The notes below the pieces were generated by a model. It had not been told where the DNA came from, did no database searches, and was given only the letters and a program-made list of their open reading frames with translations. The translations under genes and the position numbers were made by a program. From NCBI GenBank assembly GCA_964276515.1, contig OZ193910.1:496001-560000 (forward strand): a stretch of 64,000 nucleotides of DNA, written 5' to 3'. Within the stretch, counting starts at the first letter, position 1. Each line of letters begins with the position of its first letter. Of this stretch, positions 1 to 12,421 are shown piece after piece. Origin of the DNA: Gordius albopunctatus. Taxonomy: Eukaryota.

Positions 1-2071
1 GCACCCAAATCTGGCTTCTTTAATTAATTACAAGTAATAATTTTAAACATTAGTGTACTAAAAGGTTTATTGTAAAACTTTAACAAATTAAATTAATAAT
101 GTGATGCATTAAATTATAAGCAACTTGTATTTGATTAAAATCCGCGGGGGAGGTTTTAGGCACATTAACGTCATCGTTAGAATATGAGCTGAAAATGTGT
201 CAATATTGACAAAATAAGGTACTAAACTATATTGAACGCTTTTATTAAAATGTTAATAAAAATTGTTAGTAAATTAAAGGACAGAGACGATGATTAATTT
301 TATATTAAATATTATACAATTTTTATCAAAAACATTAAGGTTAACGTTATGAAAACGAAAGTTATACATTAAATAATACAAATATAAAGAAATCTTGAAT
401 ATGTGCATTGTCGAATATAAATTTCATGATATTGAGATGAAATTTAAAACTTAGCAGCTCTATTCCTTAACTCTCTTTGATATCATTCCAAATAAGATGA
501 TTTCAGGTTTTTTAATGGATTCATATAGAAGATAATTATTAGTTTATTGCAAAGATTTTCAAAGTCTTTACAGCTAGTGTCTTAATCACTAATAAAAAAT
601 CCAGGGTAGAATTAATTTTAAAATAAATAGTATAAAAATATATACCATGGTAGATGGGGACTAACCTTGAAGTTTACATAGTTTTTTGATCTTATTTTCT
701 AAACTATTAGGAATGCACCAATCAGAGACCATAAAAACTCGGCTCGGATCACTTTCCGGCCTGTCACATAAAGCTCACGGGCAGATTTTGGTCTGAGAAA
801 CTGTCATAAATTAAAATTTTTGGGGTGCCCGGGCGGGAACCATAACCAGATTCGGGCAACTCGCATTTAATGAGATTCTTATCTCTTCTCCTTCTTTATC
901 AATTATTATTTGGTCCCCTAGTGCTTAGGTTTTTTTTGACGAGTTTTTTTTCCATCTGGATAGGGTAGGTACCATGCCTTAATTAATCTTTTTTGTTTTT
1001 ATAACTTTATCGACTTGCCCCCTCCACGTGATACGTCTCTTCCTCTCTTCCCCCGTAAATCCATGTCCAGAACTTTTCGATTTATATCATTCCTCTTTTT
1101 TCTTAGTATATGCTCATAGCACCTTAGCCGATTCTCGTTAATCCGACAGGTTAATTACCAATTTTTTTCATGAGAAAGTTATTCGTCATATGGTGGAGCT
1201 TAGTATACCCCAAGCTCCACCGTATCATTCTCATCTCCGTGGCTTGTAATAGTTTTCCTTCCGTGGTGTTTAATGCCCATGTATCACTTCCATAGAGTAA
1301 CACCGGTCTTACGATGGATTCGTAAGCTTTGCTCTTCAACCATATTGGCATTTTCTTGTCGCACATTACACCGGATATACTTCGCCATTTAAGCCATCCT
1401 TTTTGAATCCGGGCATTGATTTCAGTTGCGCAACCTCCCTCTTGATGTAGCATGGAGCCGAGGTAATTAAACCTGTCTACTTTTGGGTATTTTAGGTGGT
1501 CATCCAGCGATGGGGTGCTTGTACCGTTCATTTCCATGTATACCATTTTTCGATCGTTGACCTTTAAACCATATACAGCTAAACGCTTTGACCACTTTTC
1601 TGCTTCTTCGAATACCTTCTTCCTTGTTTCCTCGCATAGTACTATATCATCGGCATATAGCATACACCATGGCGATGGCTTTTGAAAGTCCCTCGTTATC
1701 GTGTCTATAATTATATTTAATAAAAAGGGACTTAAAGCAGAGCCTTGATGTAATCCAATATTAACCCGAAAAGGTTTAGAGTCTCCAACTGTCGTCCTAA
1801 CGCAAGAGTTTGAGGCTTCATAGATATTTTTCATAAGCCGTATATATGCGTCAGGGATATTTTGTTTCCTCAGGCACCACCATATTAAATCGCGAGGGAC
1901 CGTGTCATAAGCTTTCTCCAAGTCGATAAAAACCATATGTAGGTCTTTCCTCTTTTCACCATACTTATCCATCATTTGTCTTAGGGCGAAGATTGGGTCG
2001 ATTGTGGATTTGCCGGCCACGAATCCGAATTGATTAGCCGATATTTCCACCTCGTTTTTCAGCCTTGTTAC

Positions 2072-5000
2072 TAAATTATTCACAATACATATGTGTGTAT
2101 ATATTTTATACTCCACGGGATATATATATATACAATAAATAATAATCAATTGTTAATCACTACATCTTCCCCCCCGTCAATATTTGAATTCGTCATGGAA
2201 ACGCTGAGGCTTTCTTGTAATTCGTCGAAGTCTCCCAAATCGTTCGTTAACACTCGGATCTATGCTTTCTCTTCCACCGTTTACAATTGGTAGTTGAACT
2301 CTACGATCCGCGGAAACTCTTTCCCTTAGTTGGTCGCTATGTTTTCGTTTTATCACATCGCCAACTAGAACATTATAAGAATACCTTCCTTGTCGTGCTT
2401 TTACTACACCTTCATGCCAACCAGGACGAATCTCATTTTTAACCCAAACTGAATCATTCTCCTCGAATTCCCTTTCTTTACTACTTCGATCATGATGTAG
2501 TTTCTGTTTCCATACTACATCCTCCATTTTGTCTCTAGGATCCGGTCTTAATAGATCAAACATTGTTTTAAGTCTCCTTCCAAACATTAATTCTGCCGGA
2601 GACTTACCCGTTGTCGAGTGTGAGACGTTTCGGTATGTCATTAAAACTTGTATTAAACACAATTCTTTATTATTTTCCGTCTTTCTTCCTGAATAATATC
2701 TACTCTTTAGAGTACGAATCACTCTCTCCACCATTCCATTCGATTTTGGGTGGTACGGTGACGTTTTAACGTGAATAACCGCATTTGCTTTACAAAAGTG
2801 TTCAAATTCGTCTGAAACAAATTGTCTTCCATTATCCGTTATTAGCTTTTTCGGTAGTCCAAATCTGGCAAACCAACATCTTAATTGACGTAAAATCGTG
2901 AATGAATTGATTGAATCAACTACCGCAACTTCGACCCATTTTGAAAGAGCGTCAATAGCAACCAACCACCATTTTCCTTCAACCGGTCCCGCAATGTCAA
3001 CATGAATTCTTTCCCACACATAATTTGGAATGTTCCATGGATATAAAGGAACTTTTTGTACATTCGGTCTCTGTTCTTGACAGCCATCACATTTGTTTAC
3101 CCATAATTCCGCATCAATATCAACCGACGGCCACCAGGCATAATATCTTAATAGTGTTTTCATACCCGAGATGCCTGGATGTCCCCTATGGATCACATTT
3201 AGGACAATTTTGCGTAAGTTTTCAGGTATTATTAATCTATCACCATATAATAGAATACCATCTTCATAAGAAATTTCATTTCTTCTTATCCAATATGGTT
3301 TGAATTCTCTTCTAATTTTATCGGGATCAACCCTCCAATCTTTTTTTATATAAGTTATCAACTCTTTCATCGTTGAGTCTGATGCTATTTCTGATTTTAG
3401 CATTTCGGCGGACAATAACAATTCATTTATGATCGATATTCGAATTAAATTTATTTTATCACCTTCTCCGGTCTCTTTTGATTCTGTCGGTAACCTTGAT
3501 AAGGCATCGGCCATGTTATCTTTACCCCTACGGTATTGTATATTATATTGATAACCGTTTAGATATAGTGCCCACCTGATCAATCGATTATTGGTCATTT
3601 TATTTAGATCTCTTCGATTTCCGAAAATACGTTCCAATGGCTTGTGGTCCGTTATTAATGTAAAAAACCTTCCATATATATATTGATGGAATCTTTTTAC
3701 TCCATACACTATGGCTAACGCTTCACGATCAATTGATGAGTACTGTTGTTCTGTCTTATTTAATTTCCTCGAAGCATATGCCACTGGTATTTCTTTTCCA
3801 TCACGTAAATGACACAAGGCAGCTCCAACGCCATTTTGCGAGGCATCGACTGTCATAATTAATGGTAGTTTATCATCATAAGGAATAAGTGTGTCATCTG
3901 TCGATAGTAAAATTTTAAGTTCCTCAAAAATTTTATTTTCTTTTTCGGTCCACCTCCAAGTATTTTTCAAACTAGTTAGTTCTGATAGTGGAGCGCATTT
4001 ATCATGCAAGTTCGGTAGAAATTTACTATGATAATTTATAAATCCTAAAAAGGATCTTAATTCAGATTTATTTGTAGGGGTTTTAAATTTCCGGATTGCT
4101 TCTATTTTATCCTCCGTTGGATGTATACCACAATTATCGATTTTATGTCCAAGATATGTTACCGTCTTTTGAAATATTTTCATCTTTTCCAACTTCGCTT
4201 TTACGCCATTTTCTTCCAACCTATGCAAAACTTCATTAAGCGTCTTTAAATGTTCCTCATCATTCTTTCCCGTTATTATTACATCGTCCAAAAATACACC
4301 AGTATTATTTAAACCTTTTAATATCCCATCCATAAATCTTTGAAAAATTGTAGGTGCATTTGAAATTCCGAATGGCATCCTTTTATATCGATAATATCCT
4401 TTGTGTGTAGAAATATTAAGATATTGTCTGGAATCTTCTTCAATTTCCATCTGTAAATATGCATCTTTTAAGTCAATGATAGTGAACTTTTCTCCACCCG
4501 CTACTTTCGAAACTAATTCATCAAATGTGGGTAACATGTAATTATCTTGCATCAGCCACGGATTAATGGTTAATCTAAAATCTCCACAAATCCTAACTTT
4601 ACCATTACTTTTCTTAACATTTACTGTCGGGGTTGCCCACTCAATTTTATAGGTTGATGGATTTATAGGTTCAATTATATCCTCCTTTACAAGTCTTTCC
4701 AATTCATCTTCCACAGCCTTTCTCATAGGAAAAGGAACCCTTCTAAAAGGTAATGATATGGGAATACCGTCATCTTTTAAATGCAATTTAACTTTCTGAC
4801 TATTAATTTTACCAGTACCTTCATGAAAGACTTTTGGGTATTTGTTAATTAATGAATTCAAAATATTTGCATGTGGTTCAATTGTTGAATTAATTAAATT
4901 TATACCCTCCGGTATAGGTAATTTTAAATTGAAAGATGATATCCAATCCATGCCAAAAATTCCTATACTTTGATTTCGTGTGATTATTAAAGGTAGTTTT

Positions 5001-6077
5001 AAAATTTTATCTTCTAATTTAACATTTACAAAGGTCTTGCCTAATATTTTAATTGGGTGGTTCCCAAATGTATATAATGCCTGTGTAGGTAATAATGATG
5101 GTTTACCTATCTTATTATAGAAATCATACCCAGCTAATGATGCTGAAGCACCTGAGTCAAATATCATAAGCATGTCAAAATTTTCAATTTGTACTTTAAT
5201 TTTAGGTTGTTTGTTATTCAGATTTGATAAAGAGTTTATAAATTTATTTAAGCAGCATTGTTGAAAATGATTCTTTTTATTACATTTATAACATGTCTTA
5301 CCAAATGCTGGGCAATTACCACTTGAATGTCTATGACCACATCTTTTGCATAAAAACGTTTTTGGTTCAAATTTATGCTTGTACTTCTTTGGTTTCAATT
5401 GGTTTATATCTGAAGATGTATTCATTTCTCTATTTGCAAGCTCAATGGATTCAGCTAATTTGAAAATTTGATCTAATGATATTTGTCTATTCTTTTCATC
5501 TATGGCATCAGGCCATCGGGTGCGTATTTCTGTTTCTAGTGACAGATTATGCAGTCCACAGATTAATTGATCCCGTAAATTTTCATCTAGGTGATCTTGA
5601 AAATTACAAAATTTTGAGATTTGTTTTAATCTTGTAACAAATTCTTGAATTGATTCCCCCTGTTTCTTTATGGCTTTACGGAAATCAATTCTTGCTTGGA
5701 ATATGGTTGTTTTTGGTTTGAATAATTTTCTAGCCACCTCCGTGAGTTCTTGAAAGGTAAATTCCTTGGGGTCTTTGGGGTATAAAAAATTTCTTATTTT
5801 TTCTATATTTGTTTGTCCAAAGTATGCTATAAAAAGTTTCTTCTTAAACTCCAAATGTTTTTCTGATGATCCAATATTTCTGGCATCAAATATAGCATTT
5901 AATGTATATAAATATGAATCTATATCATCTTCTTCTTTATAAGAAGGTACCTGTAGGTTCGTTACTTCATTCGACAGCGCCATATAAATTATTCACAATA
6001 CATATGTGTGTATATATTTTATACTCCACGGGATATATATATATACAATAAATAATAATCAATTGTTAATCACTACA
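2072..6077 (-). mobile_element. Intact Ty3/Gypsy LTR retrotransposon, Mag-like, 4006 bp
   Basis: Identical 93-bp LTRs at 2072-2164 and 5985-6077. 5-bp TSD GTTAC at 2067-2071 and 6078-6082. PPT GGGGGGGAAGA abuts the 3' LTR, and PBS-like TGGCGCTGT follows the 5' LTR. Confidence 0.96.
2177..5983 (-). CDS. Single gag-pol polyprotein (1268 aa) of the Gypsy element
   Basis: Two Zn knuckles (CKRCGHRHSSGNC, CYKCNKKNHFQQC), protease FDSGAS, RT FLDD, RNase H (VDAS..TDH..ADALS) and integrase HHCC plus D,D-E, in the order PR-RT-RH-IN. Confidence 0.96.
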   Translation of the reverse strand: MALSNEVTNLQVPSYKEEDDIDSYLYTLNAIFDARNIGSSEKHLEFKKKLFIAYFGQTNIEKIRNFLYPKDPKEFTFQELTEVARKLFKPKTTIFQARIDFRKAIKKQGESIQEFVTRLKQISKFCNFQDHLDENLRDQLICGLHNLSLETEIRTRWPDAIDEKNRQISLDQIFKLAESIELANREMNTSSDINQLKPKKYKHKFEPKTFLCKRCGHRHSSGNCPAFGKTCYKCNKKNHFQQCCLNKFINSLSNLNNKQPKIKVQIENFDMLMIFDSGASASLAGYDFYNKIGKPSLLPTQALYTFGNHPIKILGKTFVNVKLEDKILKLPLIITRNQSIGIFGMDWISSFNLKLPIPEGINLINSTIEPHANILNSLINKYPKVFHEGTGKINSQKVKLHLKDDGIPISLPFRRVPFPMRKAVEDELERLVKEDIIEPINPSTYKIEWATPTVNVKKSNGKVRICGDFRLTINPWLMQDNYMLPTFDELVSKVAGGEKFTIIDLKDAYLQMEIEEDSRQYLNISTHKGYYRYKRMPFGISNAPTIFQRFMDGILKGLNNTGVFLDDVIITGKNDEEHLKTLNEVLHRLEENGVKAKLEKMKIFQKTVTYLGHKIDNCGIHPTEDKIEAIRKFKTPTNKSELRSFLGFINYHSKFLPNLHDKCAPLSELTSLKNTWRWTEKENKIFEELKILLSTDDTLIPYDDKLPLIMTVDASQNGVGAALCHLRDGKEIPVAYASRKLNKTEQQYSSIDREALAIVYGVKRFHQYIYGRFFTLITDHKPLERIFGNRRDLNKMTNNRLIRWALYLNGYQYNIQYRRGKDNMADALSRLPTESKETGEGDKINLIRISIINELLLSAEMLKSEIASDSTMKELITYIKKDWRVDPDKIRREFKPYWIRRNEISYEDGILLYGDRLIIPENLRKIVLNVIHRGHPGISGMKTLLRYYAWWPSVDIDAELWVNKCDGCQEQRPNVQKVPLYPWNIPNYVWERIHVDIAGPVEGKWWLVAIDALSKWVEVAVVDSINSFTILRQLRCWFARFGLPKKLITDNGRQFVSDEFEHFCKANAVIHVKTSPYHPKSNGMVERVIRTLKSRYYSGRKTENNKELCLIQVLMTYRNVSHSTTGKSPAELMFGRRLKTMFDLLRPDPRDKMEDVVWKQKLHHDRSSKEREFEENDSVWVKNEIRPGWHEGVVKARQGRYSYNVLVGDVIKRKHSDQLRERVSADRRVQLPIVNGGRESIDPSVNERFGRLRRITRKPQRFHDEFKY

Positions 6078-8021
6078 GTTACTATGATCCTTTCCAAAAG
6101 CTTCAAGGAGTGGCAAGTTAGCTTGATACCTCTGTAATTTCCGCAGTCCTGAGGGTCTCCTTTTCCTTTGAATAAGGGTATAATCGTGCTTGCTCTCCAT
6201 TGATTAGGGATTCGCTCTTCTACCAATATCTTGTTAAGGAGGTTCGTCATGGTGGTGACTCCTTCTTCACGACATCCGAGCAATGCTTCCATAGGTATTC
6301 CATCTGGGCCATTTGCTTTTCCTTTTTGCATCTTGTTCATTTGTGTCCTAACTTCATCCTTCTGAAAGATTTCGACCATACTTATATTTGGCTCAATTTC
6401 GGGAAGGGAATCCTTGTCATTTGCAATATTCATAAGTTTCTTAAAATATCTTTTCCACCTTTCCATCACTTCCTTCGGCTTGAATAAGGTTTGACCCTTC
6501 TCGCTTTTGACTATTTTAAGAACTCCGACATCGCGACTTTTCTTCTCCCTTATCTTGGCCAATTTGTACATAAGTCTATCGCCCCTTTATGATCCAGTTT
6601 GTTTGCCATCTCGGTGCACGCGGCATTCTTCGCTTTTGCAACGGCCTTTTTTGCGGCCCTCTTTGCGTCCCTGTACTCTTGATAATCCTCCGACTTTTTT
6701 GATTTATGCCACCGTCTATATAGATTTTTCTTTATTTCGATGAAATCCTTAACCGATTGATCCCACCACCATAGTTCCCTATTCATAGCTTTGCCTCCTT
6801 TGGTCTGTCCTAGAACACGAATCGCTGTTTCCTTAATGTCCTTAGATAGCGTTTCCCAATCTTCGTCTACGTCCCTTTGCAACTTCCTTGCACCCAAGAG
6901 TGAGGAGGCTTTTTGATGGTATTCTTCGTTTGGCGACGTATCCTTTAGCCTTTCGTATCGAATTCGAGGTTCATATACCTTTCTTCTTTCGGGAAATACT
7001 CTTCTGTCAAGATCCATAACAAGGGGACGATGTTGCCTGGCGATTTCTTCTCCCGGTATTACTTTGCAATATTTGATACTCCATAAGTCCTTTCCCCGTA
7101 TAAGCAAATAGTCGATTTGACTAAAATGCTTCCCACTTCTATAGGTCACAATATGATCTTTCCGCTTTTGAAAATAGTTGTTAAATTAATTGTTATTTAT
7201 GGCAATACCACGCGAAAGTAAACGCATTTTATTAATTATACACCATTTTGGATAAAAATCGAAGGTTAAAAATTTGTTTAATATTCATATATGGATATAT
7301 AAAAATATTTCGTATTCCGATTGTCCTAGGTCTCTTTCTCATTTCTCACTTGGTAACCAGTTTGAGGAGGATAAATGAGGCAGTTAATATGGTTCCGGTA
7401 ATGATGGACAATTTTCCTACTGCAAAAATAAAAAAAAAGATATTAATAATACGCCCAATGATTACTTGCAGCTAAACTTGAACGAGATGATTATAATGAT
7501 GATCAACTCCTTCCACGCACTTTTATAACTTAAAAAACCCCTAACTAGAGTTTTAAAAACGGTTTTCAAATGTCGACTAATAAAAATACTACCCCTAACC
7601 TAGTCGAGTAAAGGTTATCAATGACTATAATATGATTCATCCTAAAATTCATAAAGGGCTGTGTCATGGGTAAGGCCTATTAGGTCGCTATCATTTATAA
7701 TGGAAAACTGTTTAGATCAACTTAAAATTTTGAGATGCTAAATAAAGGCTCGGCAAGAGGATTGTCATAAAATCATAGACTACATAAACTGCTCGTCACA
7801 TCTTACCATTAGATCCACTAACTCTCTTTCACGTTCTTCGGCAGTGTAACCTCCATTGTTAAAACGTAAAAAGTGAAATTATTAATAAATCATTATTTGA
7901 TTAAATGCAGACGGAAATAAATTGCTTTAACATCACATCATCACAGCATTTTTATTTTAATGAATTTTGTAAATGATATATATTTTAAAATGTCGTTTTA
8001 ATGTTTAACTAGTTCAATATA

Positions 8022-9452
8022 TTTTTAATTGCTATGCAATTTATGGGCTCGTTTTTGGTTGTCCGTCGTCCACCAAGTTTTTTACACCAGCTTCCCGACT
8101 TGCAAGGTTGGGGATCGAGACCCGGAGAGGACAAAAATTTTTCATTTTTTTTAAATTAATATTTTGTTCTTGTTAATACCATTGATAATATGACTTTTTG
8201 ACCGTCTGCAGGCTACTGACCATTGAAAAAAATTACCATTGGCCAAATAAATCGAAATTTTTTGTTCGTTTTTGAATAGGTTAACATTGATAATTACCCT
8301 ATACTTTTTAATAATTGCTATGCAATTTATCTAGTTTTTGGGTTAGAATCCCGGAGTTTTTTTTGACTCTTATGATTGTTCTTGTTACTATCATTGATAA
8401 TAAGACTTTTTGGCCGTCCGCTGGCTGCTGACCAATGAAAAAAATGACCATTGGCCAAAATGTGTATCCAAGTTTATTTTTTCGTTTTTTTTGACTTTTT
8501 TGATTGTTCCTGTTCCTACCATTGCTATTATGACTTTTTGGCCGTCCGCTGGCTGCTGACCAATGGAATAAAATAACCATTGGCCAAAATGTGATTCGAA
8601 AACTTTTTTTTCGTTTTTTTTTGACTATTATGAATTTATATCCACTTTTACCGTGTCCTGGCTGCTGACCAATGGAAAAAAATGACCTTTAGCCAAAATG
8701 TGATTCGAAAATTTTTTTTTCGTTTTTTTACTCTTATGAATTTATATCCACTTTTAACGTGTGCTGGCTGCTGACCAATGGGTTGGCCAAAGTAAGCATC
8801 AAAATTTTTTTTCCGTTTTTTTGGCTATCATTGATTTATAGAGTATCTGTTGGTACTGACCAATGCAGAAGAAATGACCATTGGCCAAATTTTTGATTTT
8901 TTTAATTAAAAATTGTTCAAATTCAACAAAAAATTTCTCCCAACAATTCTGCAAATTCTTAACATTGTGGTGTTTTATAATATAATGTTTGTTAGACCCA
9001 TAATCACTAGAGGCCATAAAAACTAATGTAATATTTTTATTTATTCTCAAATGTGATATTTTGTTCATGATTGTTTTTTGCATGTGCTAGTGTTTAGGTT
9101 TTCAACATTAATATTCTTTCATATACATTTTTACACATTGAATTATTTATTTTAAAGATTACTATATTTTGTTTTTGTGTTCTTGCATAAAATTAGGTTT
9201 TGTCTTTCATTTATCTACATTATTAATTGTTTATTAAAATAGGGGTCGGGGCTAGTCGGAGAGGGGCTATTGCTAGCCATTTTTCATTGCGTTTTACAAA
9301 TGGCATGATAAAAAGAAAAAATCTCACCCCTTCCCACCTTTCTCGCCCATAAATTGCATAGCAAATATGATACATTTATACGGAGTGTAGATGAGTTCCC
9401 CCTTCTCTCCCCTCCTCCCCTTCCCACGAGGGCCGAAGGCCCGAGTTTTTTA
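8022..9452 (+). mobile_element. DINE-1/HINE-like non-autonomous Helentron-type element with internal tandem repeats
   Basis: Perfect 20-bp inverted repeat TTGCTATGCAATTTATGGGC at 8029-8048 and 9345-9364. 3' hairpin GGGCC-GAA-GGCCC at 9430-9442 is followed by a T tract. Central degenerate repeats are present. Confidence 0.65.
8160..8890 (+). repeat. Degenerate ~110-130-bp tandem repeat (GGCTGCTGACCAATG...GACCATTGGCCAAA), about 6 copies
   Basis: Motif recurs near 8210, 8422, 8551, 8660, 8766 and 8852. Confidence 0.85.
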
Positions 9453-10344
9453 TTACGATTTAAGAACACTTTAGTTACCCAAAATGAATCTGGTGCAAAA
9501 TGTAATATGTGCAAAATGTAATATTCGCATTTTAGAAATTGAGACCGGTTTTCACGCATATTCATACGCATGTAATATGTACTAAATTGAAACAAAATAA
9601 GTTATATCAAAATGTATAATACTATTTTATAAATAAATCACTAAATCTAACCCTTGCCTATATTAGATTTTGCACAGAAGTGACCCAAAATTACTATAAT
9701 CTAAATGACCTTCCCTTAATTGTGCACATTTCAAAATGGCTGAAAAAATACTTATTCAAGGTTTATGAGCAGTCTATGTAGTCTATGCATAAAATAGGCC
9801 TAGACTATAATAAATTGATTGCCAGTCTTTATTTAGATACTAGAGGTCGCGAACTGTCTATTTAGGAGTTAAAAGGGCTATGTCTACATGATATACCAAA
9901 GTATAAAACTCACGTTTATACCATATAAGCATTTAACATTTAATAAGCTTATGATGATACAGATATTCGTTTATGAAGTCTGAAAATACACAATAGTTTG
10001 AGTTATTTTTATTTAGGCACCCATTATAAAATTAACAAATAGGGTAATGCTTAAGCCTAATATGAAACGTTGAATAAAAGAATATTTTTCTTTAAGAAAT
10101 CAATAAAACAAGAATTGAAAGGATTATATAGCCATTGACATCTGTTTTTAATAAATTGCAATGCCTAAAGTCATGTTTTTATAAAATTCCTTATTAAATC
10201 ATTGTACTACTGAATTAATAAAATTTAAATATTCATTCAGGTTTCCTTAACTTTACAAATTTAATTCAAATTTAAAATATGCTTGCACATCTTAACAAAT
10301 GTTAATTTATTGTTTAATATAATTATTCATATTTTATATCTAAC

Positions 10345-11009
10345 TTTCTCGTTTCCTGACAGCTAAATCAATAGCCTTCTTGATATCTTTGTAGGATGAA
10401 TTGTTGGAGGGAAGATTAGAAAACTTTTCTAATGCTTTGGTGAAATTCTACAAAAGCAATATTAAAAAAGATTTTTAATAAAAAAATAATCAATGGATCA
10501 TAAATGGTGTCACAGTTGATCAATATTAAAAAAAAATAAATTTGCAGTTGTTTAAGTCAAACTTGGATTAAGGTCCTAAACCTAATAAAGAAATTTCAAG
10601 TATTTCTTATAAAATGGCATAAAACAAGATATAAGAGTAAAGTTGTATTACTATCTATGCTAAATCAACCCAATTATCATAACCAAATTATAAAATCAGT
10701 GATTCACATTTTTAACAAAATAAACAAGTTGATGGAGAGAGCCATGAGGATGCCAATTTACAATAAAACACCTTGTTTTTTATACAGTATTAACATATAG
10801 ATTGCTGCATAAATTGTTTAAAATGCTAATCAGAGGTAATAGACATTTTATAATAAAAAAAATAGTGCAAAAACTAAATAGAGCACTAAAAGGTTACTTT
10901 TAATTCACATGCTTCTTAAACTTTCTACATCAACTCTATTAGCAAAATATACAAAGAAATGTTATTAATACCTTGAATTTGAAAAAATTGGAATGGCATT
11001 AGGATGCAT
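10345..11009 (-). CDS. Possible exons of an unidentified multi-exon gene
   Basis: ATG at 11009 (MHPNAIPIFSNS), a ~37-nt GT-AG intron, then RVDVESLRS. An AG/GT-bounded open exon at 10345-10447 reads NFTKALEKFSNLPSNNSSYKDIKKAIDLAVRKRE. No family was recognised and the full structure could not be joined. Confidence 0.3.
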
Positions 11010-11628
11010 TTAAAATTTTTTTTTTATATTTATAAACTTTACCCCTGAGCAGGCTTATGTGAATATACTTAAAAGTTAAATAAGTTTAGTTAAAAAATTA
11101 TTGTGGATAAAACTCAATCATAAAACAATATAATTTGAGCTTTAAATACCTTTAATTTATAATAAGCAATTGTCAGATAAAATTCACATTCTTCTTTCCT
11201 TTGAATGTGATTAGAATTAAGAACACACAAATCTACAAGCTTTTAAATTATTTTTGTAAGATTATACCTTCTAAAAGCAATATACCATGTTTTATGCTCA
11301 CAGCATTTTGTGACTTGATGTAATAAATTGCATATAAAAGCTGATTTGTATAAGAGGGCTGACCATGTTTGAGCTCCTTATAAAATTGGTCTGAAATACT
11401 CTATTAACATAATACAGTAAATAATCCTATATTCATTATATACGAGATAACAAAGTTAAGTGACCGGCGAAATAATTCATAGTGCAAAATGATATAATTG
11501 ACGAAATTTAAGATAACACCAAAAGTTTCTTATAAATATATAAACCTTTGGATTCTCTATATCCAGTAAAAGGTAATCCAAATCAAAAATCATGGTTAAA
11601 CAGAACTACAAATTTTGACGTTCTGATT

Positions 11629-12421
11629 CCATCCCGCAAGCAGACCAATAACTTTGGTAGAAAATTTTGCGCTGAATAATAATCTGTTTTTAGGTTTTTT
11701 TCTAAAATTAACAGTTTTTAGTATAAGCTAGGTTTAAGGTGCAAAAATGTCTATTTTAACCATTTTGAGGCTATATTGCCTCGGAATTTTTAATTATTAA
11801 TAATATTATTTATTACCGTATATTAAAGTTTCATCTAATAACCATTATTTTGTTGTTTTACTTCTCTTTTTAAATTTTATATCAAAATTCGTCTCGCTCT
11901 GAAGTAAAAGGTAAGCTAGAATAGATACTGCGTACAGGATGTTTACTAACAAATTTCTTTCTCCCTTTATCCATCTCATTCACTTCCGTCCCCATATCTA
12001 TTCAAGCACATATGGGGGCTGTAGTGGAGGAGAAAGAGAGGAGAGTAGGTGAAGAGAGAGTAAGATGCGTTAGTAAACAACGCATACGCAGTATGTAATA
12101 TAATTTACTCCGTTTTCCAACCATAGTAAGACGAATTTTATTTAGGGGAAGGGTTTAACGTGAACAGGAATTAATCAATATAGAGGTGGAAAAAACTAAA
12201 TTAATGTACCTATTATAGAAGACATTTAATCTATAGTAATAAACTAATATTTTTTATTATAAATCAAAAATACCGTGGCGATATAGCTTTGAAAAAGTAT
12301 AAATGGACACTTTTTACATCTTCAACCTCGTTTATATAAAAAACTGGAAGTTTTGGAAAAAAACAGATTGTTATTCAGCGCAAGATTCTCTATCAGTATT
12401 AGAGGGCCGATTGCAGGATGG
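11629..12421. mobile_element. Old foldback/MITE-like palindrome (~790 bp)
   Basis: Diverged arms match in inverted orientation from the ends (CCATCC.GCAA...TTGCGCTGAATAA.AATCTGTTTT) to a centre near 12003 (ATACTGCGTA...GTTTACTAAC). Confidence 0.75.

Larger units (their letters stand above)
882..7183 (-). mobile_element. 5'-truncated RTE-clade LINE (partial APE plus RT, frameshifted), interrupted at 2072-6077 by a Gypsy element
   Basis: ORFs 6550-7149, 6059-6571 and 1151-2149 carry RTE motifs (SQIDYLL, GPDGIP, YRGIKL, QFGF, DLEKAYD, HQGSALSP, LYADD). Removing the insert and one GTTAC restores the frame ERIIVT-RLKNEV. There is an AAG-type tail at about 882-900. Confidence 0.93.

Noticed and set aside
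2072..2149. N-terminus of ORF 1151-2149 (MIIIYCIY...)
   Set aside because: It is read-through from the Gypsy LTR and not part of the RTE protein.
7340..7870. Possible small minus-strand exons (YTAEERERELVDLM / LQVIIG / GKLSIITGTILTASFILLKLVTK)
   Set aside because: Donors look plausible, but no acceptor or start could be found for the upstream piece and no homology was recognised.
8308..9595. ORFs 8308-8580, 8799-9083 and 9284-9595
   Set aside because: They lie in or overlap the HINE-like repeat and show no protein motifs.
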